Positions 52,001-64,000 of a DNA stretch of 64,000 bases are shown here, piece after piece (positions within the stretch are counted from its first letter, which is position 1; the number at the start of each line of letters is the position of its first letter). Below the pieces are notes generated by a model, which did not search any database, was not told where the DNA came from, and was given only the letters and a program-made list of their open reading frames with translations. The translations under genes were made by a program, and so were the position numbers. The DNA lies in assembly GCA_973851085.1 (NCBI GenBank), contig OZ316776.1, positions 13,392,001 through 13,456,000 on the forward strand, written 5' to 3'. The stretch is from Ptychomitrium polyphyllum (lineage: Eukaryota).

Positions 52001-52700
52001 TTAAACCATTGGTACGTATAGCACCAATGAATCTTTAAAAAATAAATCAATATAGTATATTGACATGAAAAATTGTTACTTTTTTAACAAATACTTTTGG
52101 TGGTTTTCAAAATAGAGTTCATTAAAATAAGTATTTGTCAAAATTATTAGTTTTCTTTCATAAAGTTATATAAAGAAATGTTTTGCAAAATTGGTGTTAT
52201 TTATTTTTAGAATAATTATTGATAAATGTGCTATATAACTATAGTTATAGTAGTTTTAAATGAATTAATCAATTTTTTATAAACGTTAATATATACAAAT
52301 GTATACATTATATGGTAAAAACATAATTTGAAAGTTGGTTAAGTCTTGAAAAGCTATAGAATTGCTTGACAAAATTATATGTTTGAAAAATAATTTAATT
52401 AGGATTTTTTGTTTTGAAATGATAATTTATATAAAGATTGTACTTGATTTTTTGAAATTACTCTAGACTTATTGTTAGAAATTACATTTCCTATGAAATC
52501 CTTAAATGCAACCTTTCAAAATTTGTTATTTGAATTCTTATCTTTTCATCCGATGCATGCATTTTAAAAATTTACATTTTTCCAAATCATACATAATTAT
52601 ACAATTTTTTGACAACAGTTCATATAATTTTTTGATTTTGTGCTATTTTTAACGATATACTTATTCCAGTAAATTATGATGTAAAATAGTCTAGTACTTT
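43100..52700. other. AT-rich, CpG-depleted block containing one embedded low-GC gene
   Basis: Composition; only the sHSP-domain gene is recognisable inside it. Confidence 0.75.
47166..49089 (+). CDS. Alpha-crystallin-domain (HSP20/sHSP, class II-like) protein with a long N-terminal extension, ~358 aa, 4 exons
   Basis: Exons 47166-47738, 47885-48019, 48248-48346, 48820-49089, all phase-0 GT-AG with no stop. ACD split over the last two exons: TVPIDIRELLLSYEFLVDAPGLNHLDLK|VQVEKDKVLKISGE...ERNLGRFMRKFNLPSYINLDGITAVCEDGLLTVVVPK. ACD exons are secure; exons 1-2 and the start codon are less so. Confidence 0.78.
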
Positions 52701-53201
52701 TCTTGACTATACAATGTATACGGATTCTTTTTCCAACTAAAGATTCACTTGTACTTTTATCCTTTTTTCACTTCCTAGAATGGGATAACCAGAATGAGCG
52801 TAATAATGGTGCAAACAACCAGACAACCAACGAGGGTGCTCCCGTTGCCGGAAGTGCAAGGAGGTCCCGCGGCACGGCACGGCACGGGAGGGCAGCATGG
52901 TGCCGACTCCGTCCCTGACGTCGTGACCTGCACCACGAGCCACAGCCCAGTGTTTGCTTTGCTGTGCTCCGCTCCGCTCTTATGCCACTGTGGCTTTCTC
53001 GCTGGTGCTGGTGCTGGTGCTTGTGCAGTCTCTTGCTTCCCTTGGCCTTCGCACTCACGTACTAACTTTAACTTGAAACATACGCTTCAGCACTGCAAAA
53101 CTTTTCGTTTCTGTGATTGATTCATCGATTGCCCTGACTCCCTTTGCTTCAACCTCCGTCTTCGTCTCTTGCCATCCTCGTGCCGTGCCCTAGCTTGCGC
53201 C

Positions 53202-56200
53202 ATGAATGCCGACAATCGCAAGGGCGAGCTCGCTGACCTCAAGTCACAGCTGCGCCAGCTGGCCGGCAGCCGGCAGCCCGGCGTCGAGGACATCAAGCGG
53301 GAGCTTTTCAAGAAGGTCATCTCCTACATGACCATCGGCATCGATGTCTCCTCGCTCTTCTCCGAGATGGTCATGTGCTCCGCGACCTCAGGTAACGAGA
53401 TTCTTTTGTTACTATCTCTATTTTGCTCAAATAGATGAATTACTCACCTTCGCTTTGGTAGTGATTTGCTTTGCGTGTAGGGTTTCAGTTTCGGTGTTTT
53501 TGACGGTGTTCGATTCGTAGCATGTTTATTTGTTTGTTTCTTGTTGGTTGTTCAATCACATGAGGTGTGAATGTGCGTGGCCACAATCAGACCTCGTGCT
53601 CAAGAAAATGTGCTACCTCTACGTTGGCAGTTACGCGCGCGGTCACCCTGATCTCGCTCTCCTCACCATCAATTTCCTCCAGAAGGACTGCCATGACGAC
53701 GACCCTATGATCCGCGGCCTCGCCTTGCGCAGTTTGTGCTCCTTGCGCGTCAAAAACCTCGTCGAGTACCTCATTGGCCCTCTGCGCTCCGGCCTCAAGG
53801 ATGCCAATGGTTATGTTCGCACCGTGGCTGCCATGGGAGTGCTCAAGCTCTATCACATAGCGCCTTCCCAGTGCACTGATAACGAGTTTCCGGCCATGCT
53901 CAGGGCCTTGCTTCTCAATGACCCTGATGCGCAAGTACGGCTTCCCTCCCCTCGCATTTCCTAATTCCTTTCTTTCGTTCTTTCTTTCTGCTAAGCGGAG
54001 ATGTAGGCAATAGTGTAGCTCGTCTAAAAGCTCAATCCTTGATCGCTTGCGTTTGATTCAGTATTTTAGTGAGATACTCGCGTTGACAGATTTTACCCCT
54101 CTCATGATATACCTCTCTACCTTTTCTGCCAGCAGAAGCTATTGTTTTCTTTTACTTAGTGCACCTAAGAATCAGTTCAATACAAAAGGTTTTGATTCCT
54201 TGTGTTATTCTTCTTCTCTGGAAAACCTAATGCACTCTCTTCTCAGAGCTGCATCATTTCGATACAGGACTTCATTTTGATTGTGTATGTATTGTAGTCT
54301 CTCGAATTGGTCGATTGCAGCAATGAAACTCGTCTGGACCGTTGTGGCAAATTCGATGACCTCTCTGGTTGAAGTTTGAGTATGCAATGTTATCTTAGTA
54401 CAGTCCTCCCTTCTTTTCCCTTCCGTATGTTTTCCGTATGTTTCCCCATCCCCTTTCCACCTCATCATGGTACCGTCTGCCAGAACGTATTTTAGTGCGG
54501 AAGATCTTGATTTTTTACATTCACTAAATTTGGCAGGTGGTTGCAAATTGCTTGTGTGCACTTCAAGAAATCTACACCGCGGAGGCGAACGTCTCTCCAG
54601 AGACAGCTGCCAGGGACAGTGAACATCTGCTTAGCAAGCCTGTTATCTATTCTCTTCTAAACAGGTGAATAATTTGGCGAATGTTAGCGTTCATCAATTT
54701 TTGCATCCCCTTGTTCCATGCGGATGACATTCTTGACCTGTTTTAATTTGGTGTTGTTGGGAAACGTCATATCTGTTAATGCTATTAACACTCAAGTTTG
54801 AGACGAAGGTCATAACATCCAGTTTTGGTGGCCCTGTACCTTGTTAATGTTCCTAGCTTACAGGTTTGACATCGTCCCTTTGTTCAGCACCTGATGGACA
54901 CTGGCATGCTACTCTACTTTCTTCACTTAGAATCTTTGCATCCTACAGTGAAACAAATTTCTCTTGGTTTGGATTCTAAGAGTATATTGTGCTTCAGGAT
55001 AAAAGACTTCACTGAATGGGCTCAGTGTTTGGTTTTAGACATGGTCTCAAAGTACATACCATCAGATTCAGATGAGTCATTCGACATGATGAACATTCTT
55101 GAAGACAGACTCCAGCACACAAATAGTGCTGTAGTGCTGGCGACAATCAAAGTTTTCCTTCACCTAACTATTTCAATGGCTGACATCCACCAGCAAGTAA
55201 GAATCTCTTACTCCTGCTCAAGTTTGTGTTTCTGTACTTTGTAACTTTAGCTTAGGCAGCAAGTATTGAGCAGATTAAGAATGTGGTTGGCAACAAGGGA
55301 ATCTGAATGGAAATAATTTGCATTCATCTGCACAGGTCTATGAGCGAATAAAAGCACCTTTGCTGACCTTAGTTAACTCTGGAAGTGCTGAACAAACCTA
55401 CGCAGTTCTCAGCCATTTACACTTACTTGTCTTGAGGGCCCCTGTGCTGTTCTCAAGTGACTACAAGCACTTTTACTGCCGGTATAGCGACCCAACTTAT
55501 GTGAAGAAACTGAAGTTGGAGATGCTTACTGCAGTAGCCAATGAAACGAATACTTATGAGATTGGTAAGTTGCAGAATATTGTTCTGTTCTTACTTAGTC
55601 CTGCTGTGCTGGATATAAGTCAGCATCAACCTTGCTATCTTCCATCCGATGCACTTTATTGTTTGTGGTGAAATTTGACTTGGACGGTTAAAGGACCTTG
55701 GCCCGGAATTAGGTCACTCCACTCTTGGATGAGTCTGTAAGGTTAGCTTTCACCATGGGTTGGCATCAGGCGATTTGCCTGTATCAGGCGCAATATTGAA
55801 ATTGACAATAATGTTCCTATGATGATTGACAGTCACAGAGCTTAGTGAGTACGCAGCAAACGTGGATGTAGCTATAGCCCGGGAGTCCATTCGGGCTGTA
55901 GGAAAAATCGCATTGCAACAGTATGATGTCAACGCTATTGTCGATCGATTACTTCAGTTCCTTGAAATGGAGAAGGACTATGTGACAGCGGAGACTTTGG
56001 TCAGTATTGCTTCTTGTTCCAACAGTGTTTATTGTCGATCATTATCTTCTGCAAGGGTGAAAACCACCACGAGTCTTGACAGCTTTGAACTGAGAGTTAA
56101 TTTTTTGACTTCTATTAACAGAAAAACTATTAACCTTGTAGTAATTGCCAAGTTTTAGGACTAGCGTCTTTGTGCCACTCAATTGACTGGGTTTCGTCCA

Positions 56201-59200
56201 AGCGCAAGCGAATCTTAATGTAAGCTAACTTCATAACTGGTCTTGAATAGGTGCTGGTGAAAGACCTTCTTCGTAAGTATCCCCAATGGAGTCATGATTG
56301 TATTGCAGTGGTCGGTAGCGTGAGCAGCAAAACTGTGACAGAGCCAAAAGCCAAGTCTGCCTTGGTATGGATGCTAGGCGAATATGCCTATGATATGCCT
56401 GATGCACCCTACATCTTGGAGGGTTTTATTGAAAATTGGATTGAGGAAGACTCTGCTGAGGTATACCTTTTTATCGTGTAGTGATTGTTATTAATTTGGT
56501 TTCGTTTTTGCCAGTCCCTTCTTAAATTATCCACATTTATTTCTTATTCTGTTAGGAGATGTTGTTGCCTCCTTGTATTCCTTCAAAGCCACGTTTGATG
56601 GAGACTTCTATCACCGCTTTTCGATAGTATGCTATACTACTTTATCTTACTTGCTTGAATGTTTGAATTCCCAGTACAGAATCCTTCAAAAATTTTTCTA
56701 GCCTTTGCTTTTAAGCTGATGTGAAATGACATTTGTTGGCAGGTAAGGTTGGAGCTTTTGACAGCTGTCACAAAAATTTTCTTTAAGAGACCTCCTGAAA
56801 GCATCAAGATGCTGGGTGCTGCACTCTCGGCTGGACTTGCTGATGCCCATCAGGTGATTTGCATATGAATTTTTTAAAAGTGGATCAGTCGCAAATTGTT
56901 TTAACCTTAGGTTAAGTAATGATTGCTGCGTGTAGGGTTTCAATTTCGGTCAATCTTCAATTCTTAGTATGTCTGTTTATGTGTTTCTTGTTCTATCAAG
57001 TGACTGAATGACTAAATGTAGATTATTTATGTAGGTCAACGTGTCTTCTAATATTCTTCAGGAATAGCTAAACTGCACCACAGTATAATAGATAGTATTG
57101 TTTGCTGGAAACGTTCTCATGCGCAATAGGGTTGCACTTGTAGATTGCCTGTTATACTGAATGTTTAGTGTACATACCCTTTGAATGATTGATTTATTAT
57201 GTTGAGGAGATTTGGCTTTGAATACTCGTTAATTCGCACCTATGACATATATTCTCTAAATACAAGTTTGAATGTTTTGAGTTGTTTTACTTATTTCTTG
57301 CTTGTTTGTGGCAGGATGTGCATGATAGGGCTCTTCTATATTACAGGTTACTGCAGCAGGGTGTGGAGGTAGCTGAGAGGGTTGTAAACCCCACAAAACA
57401 AGCTGTTTCTGTTTTTGCAGATATGCAGAGCAGCGAGATCAAGGATCGAATATTTGATGAATTCAACAGTCTATCTGTTGTATATCAACAGGTTAGTTCA
57501 CTACTGTATATACTTTGCTTTGTTCGACTATGTTAATAACGTAAATAGGACTTTGGCTGAGGTATTCCTGCTTATGTTTGCATTATTGAACTGAGCCAAG
57601 CGAGTAGTCTTTTATAATTTATTACGGTACTTGAAAGCAACTGGGTAGTCTTAAGAATCTCAACATGCTTGACATTTGTCTGTCCATATAGGATAACGTC
57701 ATCGTTTTGTTTGAGGATGTGAGCTTCTTTTCTTTCTTTGGCAGCAAAGCAGAAATCTATAAGCGAAGTGCTTTTCTGAACTCCTGGAGTTCCAACTGTT
57801 CCACAGAAGTTGTGGATTCTAAATGATTATGTTGGTGTGTGCAGCCTTCTTACATGTTTCTGGACAAGGAGGTTCGAGGGCCAATCGAGCTAATCGAAGA
57901 TTCAGGTTTATTACCCTTGGGACCAACAATTGCTGATGATGTGCTGCCTAGCCAACTTGTGGATGCTACTGATAATGACCTTCTTTTAAGTGCATCTGAT
58001 AAAGAAGAAAGCGTGGCAGCTGCTAGCAATGGTTCTCACTACAGTGGTCCAGACTTGGCTGGATTTGAAAGCTCATCTGCTGCTCCAAGGTTAGTACTTT
58101 GTTCATGTATGTTCTAACGTTCTAACCTTTTATACATTCTTTTGATTTTCTCGGCACTGGAATGTTTTCTAAAGCCAATGCTCGAGCTTTCCATATTTAG
58201 TTTATAGACCATGCAAGATGGGTGGTAGAAACATTTTGTGTCTTACTATTACTTTAGGTGAGATTAAGTTTGAATAGAGCAAGAGTGGAATTGATATCTG
58301 CGTTCTGCTGCATTGATAGAGTTATTGGAGTTTTTTTTTGCGTTGCATGGATCTTATTATGTGGTGCTTTAGCTTGCATTGTGGTTGTCGTATAAATTTC
58401 TGTTCGTCTGAGAAATATTTATTTTCCTTATGAACTTTGTATGGTATTTTCAGTATCTTTAGTGTATCATGGCTTTAGAGCATGGTGCTTAGATAATTTT
58501 GAGTGTTTACTGTTGTAACCTGCTGTGTAGGTCACAATCATCATCTTTTCCCAGCTCAACCTCCCAGATCACTCCATCAGCTGCAGCTGCTAGCTCTTTA
58601 TTGGACTTCGAGGACTTGCTTGGCCTCAACACATACGAGGTCACTACACCTGCTCCATCGTCTTTGAAGCTCAAGACTAAGCCGTCCTTGGTTGCCCAGG
58701 CGTTCCAACGAAAGTGGGGTCAACTTGCAGTTGCTTCAACTCTGGTACGTTTTTGTGTCTCCTTAACGTGCGCATTGGCTAAGAGAAACTTAGAGAAATT
58801 GATTTTTAGGTAATCATACACAAATTTCCTAGGATAACAAATCGGACCGCTCCCGCATTTCACCTTTGTTTCCAAATTTCCTTACGATACTCTTGTTAAG
58901 ATTCATGACTCTGAGGATCAGAGCTTGTACGTCTCTTATGGACGATCTTGTGTTCTCCTCAAGTTTTTCTTTACTTGAACTCGCAAGTACATTTTAAGGC
59001 ATTAATATATTTGTATCAGAAATGATGATGTGCTTAAGATGATTTACCCCCACCCCAATAAGAGTAGTATCTTAGAGTGTAATTATATTTTTCTTTTGCG
59101 CACAGGATCATATATTATCGAGTCCAGCTGCTCTACCAACTCCACAACCACTTATCCGTCACATGCAAGCCAACTTAGTGGAAGTTATGGCCTCTGGTGG

Positions 59201-59399
59201 GAAGGCGCCTACGTTGAAGTTCTTCTTTTATGCCCAAGCAGCTGATTCGCCTCCAACGTCTGGCTTTTTCTTGGTGGAGCTGATCGTCAATACATCAACC
59301 GGAGCTTCTCAAGCAAAAATCAAGGCTGATGATGCTTCTTTAGCACCTGCGTTTCAAGAATTGTTTCTTTCGGTATTGAGCTCATTTGGGTCAGTGTAA
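53202..59399 (+). CDS. AP4B1: AP-4 complex beta subunit (beta-adaptin-like protein A), ~835 aa, 12 exons
   Basis: Exons (+): 53202-53391, 53591-53934, 54537-54664, 54998-55196, 55336-55564, 55833-55999, 56251-56460, 56743-56853, 57315-57491, 57845-58089, 58531-58744, 59106-59399. Motifs: LRQLAGSRQPG, KKVISYMTIGIDVS, DPMIRGLALRSLCSLR, VLVKDLLRKYPQWSHDC, DVHDRALLYYR, ear domain ASGG..LKFFFYAQ. Confidence 0.97.
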
Positions 59400-60906
59400 G
59401 AACTTGGATGTCTTTAGAAGGATACATTTATAGAAGAGACAGAATTATGACCCAGATCATGAAAGCGAAGGTTACAAGTTGCGGACCTTGTTCGTGCAGA
59501 GCAACCAACATACGAGTGAAGGTTTACATTACTGCGACTAGTCTTCGCTAAGTTTTCTAGGTAGTACTGCCATTTTGCTACCCAATCCAGTTGACATGGC
59601 TCACCGAGGGTAATCATACCTTTGTATAGCGCTGGACAAGTGGCGCAGGTACCATTGCTCACTCGCTTGAAGCACATGCTTGTTACATGTTTAGGTTAAG
59701 GAGCGTTTTTACATATATAGCGAGCGTGTAGTATTTCTCGCTGGATTGTCCGCAGTGGAAGCTTGAGATCTGGAGGTGAGCCCGTATTACGCAACAGCCT
59801 CACTGCATGCAGATATGCAAATTAAATGCCTAAATCAAAGAAAGCCCAGAGGTCGCGAAATCCCTGCTATTTGTGATGGTGATGTCTATGGTTGTAGATG
59901 GTGATTGTTTAACGTATGCTGGCTGTGGAGGTGGTAGCAAATCATGACTTCACTTCAAAAGTAGGCTGGTGTTGCAATTATTGGGTCTGGAGTAGTTGTA
60001 GCACTTCTGAATAAGGCAGTGGATGAGTATTACTAAGGGTTTGCATTTGGGAAAAATCCCTGGCGTAGGGTTAAGATTTGTGATCGACGCCTCTAAATTT
60101 TAATCCTAGTTGCCCTGTACGATCAGAATTTGTCTGTGCAGAAATTTCGGAAACCATCAGCGGGAGAATGAACTTTAATTCGAAGATTTACGTATGCAAT
60201 CATTACAATGGAACTTGGGGTTATATTTAGGGCAGAGTAAATTTAAGAAAGCAGCAAAAAATAGGAGGTGCGGAGGAGTTAGGATTTTAGAAAAGATGGG
60301 GCTTTGGGCTTTTTGGGATTAGAAAGATCACATCGTAGAGTTGAGTGAAAGGGATGAAATGAAAGGGATGAAATAAAATCAGCCAGGCTGGGTTTGGAGT
60401 GTGGAATGGACTGTAGAAACTTACAATAGGTGGAGAATCATGTGCTCCATAGTACAGTAGGTAAAGGTAGTACTGTAGGGCATTTTGGTGCGCACAGTGG
60501 GGCCTGCTTGGGTGGGACTCGGAAGAGGGTCTATGAAGGAGTGGAGGAGGGTATTATGCAGCGATGAGGTGGAGTCCGTGCGAGCGAGGCGATATTTTTG
60601 TAAGATGCAGGAAAATCGCCCAATCAAGGCTGGCCGCTTCCTGGTGCCAGAGAGAAGACGCATGCATAGATGAAAACTGCGGAACCTGCTTGGCAGGCGA
60701 GCAGCAGCATTGGGAAGCATGCCCTGGGCCTACCGGCGATGATATCTGGCCCTGAGCTGCCAATGATAGGATTTTCAATGCGCCCCTCTCTTTATAGTGC
60801 CCTCTCCCTTAATGCGCCCGAGATTTTGGCCATTCTCTTCGGAGCGGCACCGTCATCATTCGGAATTGCGTTTGGCCTTTGAGGCTTCGGACTTCGCCTC
60901 ACGCAT

Positions 60907-60912
60907 TGTCTC
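60907..60912 (+). promoter_or_regulatory. Candidate auxin response element TGTCTC upstream of the SAUR gene
   Basis: Single canonical hexamer ~480 bp before the ATG; a lone hexamer can occur by chance. Confidence 0.3.
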
Positions 60913-61389
60913 ATTCATTGGCGCTCTAGCCAGGGTCCACAGTGAACACCGAGTCTGTCAGACCACTGAGGTGCCGCTGCAGTGCCATGGCGCCCTCCGA
61001 GTGGCAACTATTTATCCTCGTCTCGTATTTTTTAAAATACTTCTGATTCCACAGTATGGAGCATGAAGCCTGGGATTCCAGCAACACCATTTCAATGTTG
61101 GAGTTTCGCAGTGGGAATGGTCGCGTTGCGATGCCGTCTTACCCGTAACTTAGTGGGCCGAGAATGGGGCATTGGTAGTGGGGAGGCGTGGAGGCTGCCG
61201 TTTTTGGTGCCGTGTATCACTCCGTTTTCCTAATTGCCTTTCCCTCTCCCCTCGTTCCCTGCTCACCTCCACCGCAATTTCTCTGTGCTCTTTCTCCCTT
61301 CTTCCCCTTCACCTTATTCCTCCAGGCTCACCCTTATGCACTTCCTTTTATTTTAGTTTCTTGCTCTCGTATATTGCCATTTGCCCACC

Positions 61390-61869
61390 ATGTCGACATT
61401 GGTCCGCAGCAAAAGCAAAATCAAGGAGCTCCTTCGCAGATGGCAGAGTTTCAAGAATCCGGGTACCGCATATGAGCCTGTGCAGGATTCCAAGCTGCGC
61501 AAGACCAAATCGTCTACATGGAGCCTCGATTCTGCCAAGCAAGTGCATGACGTCGACGACGGTTCTAGCGCTAGCCAGTCGGAAAATTCTTCCGCTACTA
61601 CAGCTGATGACGTCCCGACGGGCCATCTTGCTGTGTATGTCGGTCGCGAACGGCGTCGCTTTGTCATCGACGCGCATTATCTCAACAATACTTTGGTGCG
61701 TGGTCTCATCGAGAAGTCGGGGGATGAGAATGCCACGGATCGTCCGGACGGCCTGACCATCGGTTGCGAGGTGGTGCTTTTCGAGCATTTGTTGTGGCTT
61801 ATAGAGACCAATGATCCTGATGCACGCCAACTGGAGGTGGATGAGCTTATCGATTACTACAAGTACTAA
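61390..61869 (+). CDS. SAUR: SAUR (small auxin-up RNA) family protein, intronless, 159 aa
   Basis: KIKELLRRWQ N-terminus and SAUR core DVPTGHLAVYVGRERRRFVI..YLN...GLTIGCEVVLFEHLLWLIE; ATG in ccaccATG context. Confidence 0.95.
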   Translation: MSTLVRSKSKIKELLRRWQSFKNPGTAYEPVQDSKLRKTKSSTWSLDSAKQVHDVDDGSSASQSENSSATTADDVPTGHLAVYVGRERRRFVIDAHYLNNTLVRGLIEKSGDENATDRPDGLTIGCEVVLFEHLLWLIETNDPDARQLEVDELIDYYKY

Positions 61870-64000
61870 GGCTATCACTTCATACATGTCCCAGCAAGTC
61901 TTCACTTTGTGAGGCGAGTGTTCGTATTCTTTCGACAATGATCTTTGTCTTGTTCCGGTTGCAGTCTGTCTTGAACCATTGTTTGCGACGAGTTGGGAGC
62001 TGAGGAACAGGAGCGAGTTTTTTTGTGGCACTGCTGTTCTTTCCAAGAGAATGGCAAAGTGTTTGTCACAGCCTGCAGGGGTCGAACAGGAACCAGATCC
62101 AGGGGTATTGGCATTGGCTAATTCTTCGACCATGCCAACGGCAATAGTAGAAGTAGGGAGCATGGGCAGACATCGGATAGTGGCCAGTGACACATTGTCA
62201 GCCCTTCCGTTCCGTGAGAGAATGAGCGATAAAGGAGTGCCACGTTATTAGTTTAGTATGCAGGATACGGTATTTTGCAGAGTACGATAGGATGCGCCGG
62301 TGCTTGGGACGTACAACCTGAAGACGTGACCAGCTTAGTAGCGTTCATGTAGGTTGCATGGGAGGGGATGATGCTGGAACTCGCAGGAATCTGTTTCAGC
62401 ACTGTATAGATCAACGTGTCAGGCTCGGTTCGGCTTGGCAATGGCAGAGCCTGGGACAATAATTCTTCATTTGAAGAGTAGCTGACGATTCCACTATCCT
62501 CCTGGACGTCCTTCTGTTGCGCTTTCAGCAGTCGAACTCCACATTGCTCGTCCATGAGCTTGCTTCTGCATACAGTTCCAAGGATCCCGTTATTCTTTAG
62601 CTTGATAGTGTGATATCGACCCAGTTTAGCGGTTTGTCAGATTTCATTTATGTGCCAGCCGTCCTGGTCCTTAGTCTGGGTTTGTAAAAGTTTGAAACCT
62701 CTTTTAAAAGAATACATTGTGTAAGAAATCTCTCTGAGCTTAGGTTCCAAGAGTTTTTTCCCACGTAAGTTGGTACGTAAGCTAATTGTCTTCCTTACTG
62801 CAATCAATAGACGGTGTTGGTTCCAGAATTGTGCATTTATGTCCTGCCTTCAGTCCCTAACTTCCAGCATCGTTCTTCACACAGTTATGTTTTTTAAGTT
62901 GGGTTAAATATCAGAGACGTGGTGAATGTATAATGTTCTCAACAGGCGTGCTTTTTAATACTATAATATACTTTCAATTGTTTATATTGAACCCCCGAGG
63001 GCTGGTTGCAAGCTGGTTATGGGACACAATGCTTGAATCAAAATAGGAAAATGTATAAAACACTAGCGGGGCACAACATTAGCATGAACTCAGCCTAACA
63101 TATTCGAACAATGTGCTCCTTGCCTTCGGATCTGATCCAGTTTTAGCTGGCTGCAATGGATAACGACACACACATGCTCAAATTGGGAAACAAAGGTGGG
63201 ATTTGCTGTTAGAAGCTTAAGAATATGTGACCCCTTGGGACAAATAGTGTTGGATAAAATTACTTGGTCAAGGGCATTTTGAAAATGAGCATGCGCCAGA
63301 GATGGAGGTGCTCTACCATGCTTGAAGATTAAATGGACGAGTGGGAAGTCACATGTTATAATAGAATCACATTAGGACATTACAAACCTTTGTAAAGTTT
63401 ATATGACATGTACGTTAAATAATATATTATAGATTAAGATAATGTTTCTTTTCTTTTAACGTTTTGATTTGTAACGTTTTGATTTGGAGGTACTTTCAAA
63501 CTTAATAATTAAAACTTCCTTAAATAAGAGAATGTCCATTCTTATGAGTTCCAATTATTGTTTTCACCAAATTTATTTGTATTATGTAATTAATAAATAT
63601 TTTTAGATATATATATCATTTGTTCATTTCAATGATTAGGCTGAGCATGCTCCATCTTTATAATTATTAAACCATACAAACTCTATATTTTGAAGAGCAC
63701 TGAGTTTAAACTTCTCAAACTTTTATACAATAAGAAATTAAGCTCAAAAACATTCTAAATTTTGTGTTCAAGCTTTATTTACAAGGTTTTGATAACTGTC
63801 CTCAAAATAAAGCTAACATCAATGCTTTCTAGCTTCTTTAAAACTACATTTGCTTCACTAAATTGGAATGACAATTTTCATATTCTCAATTGCTTGTTTA
63901 ACTAAATCTTAGCCTTATATTAACTTTCATAACTTCGATTTCATTCAATTTGATTTCATTTTTTAGTTTAATTAATTATAATATACATAATAATAATCAT

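Overview
Eukaryotic nuclear DNA from a land plant with flagellated sperm. The short GT-AG introns, a flagellar CCDC113 gene and GC-rich gene islands between extremely AT-rich decayed-transposon blocks suggest a moss, possibly Funariaceae (inference). Exon chains were built by hand and checked for splice sites and frame. Island 1 (~1.9-15.4 kb): ANGUSTIFOLIA/CtBP (-) divergent from a METTL13-like methyltransferase (+), then a DYW-PPR pseudogene interrupted by microsatellites. Island 2 (~21.2-31.9 kb): CASC3/Barentsz (+), CCDC113 (-), PSB27 (+). Island 3 (~36.3-43.1 kb): WDR20/DMWD-like (-). Island 4 (~52.7-63.3 kb): AP-4 beta adaptin (+) and a SAUR (+). Inside the third AT-rich block lies an apparently intact 4-exon, low-GC alpha-crystallin/sHSP gene with a long unexplained N-terminal extension. 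The last two exons of an unidentified gene probably open the window. No rRNA, tRNA or CRISPR array was recognised, and no novel multi-gene system can be established from sequence alone. Best leads: the hidden sHSP-domain gene, a possible splicing switch upstream of METTL13, the dead RNA-editing factor, the CCDC113/PSB27 shared promoter and possible 3'UTR introns in CASC3.
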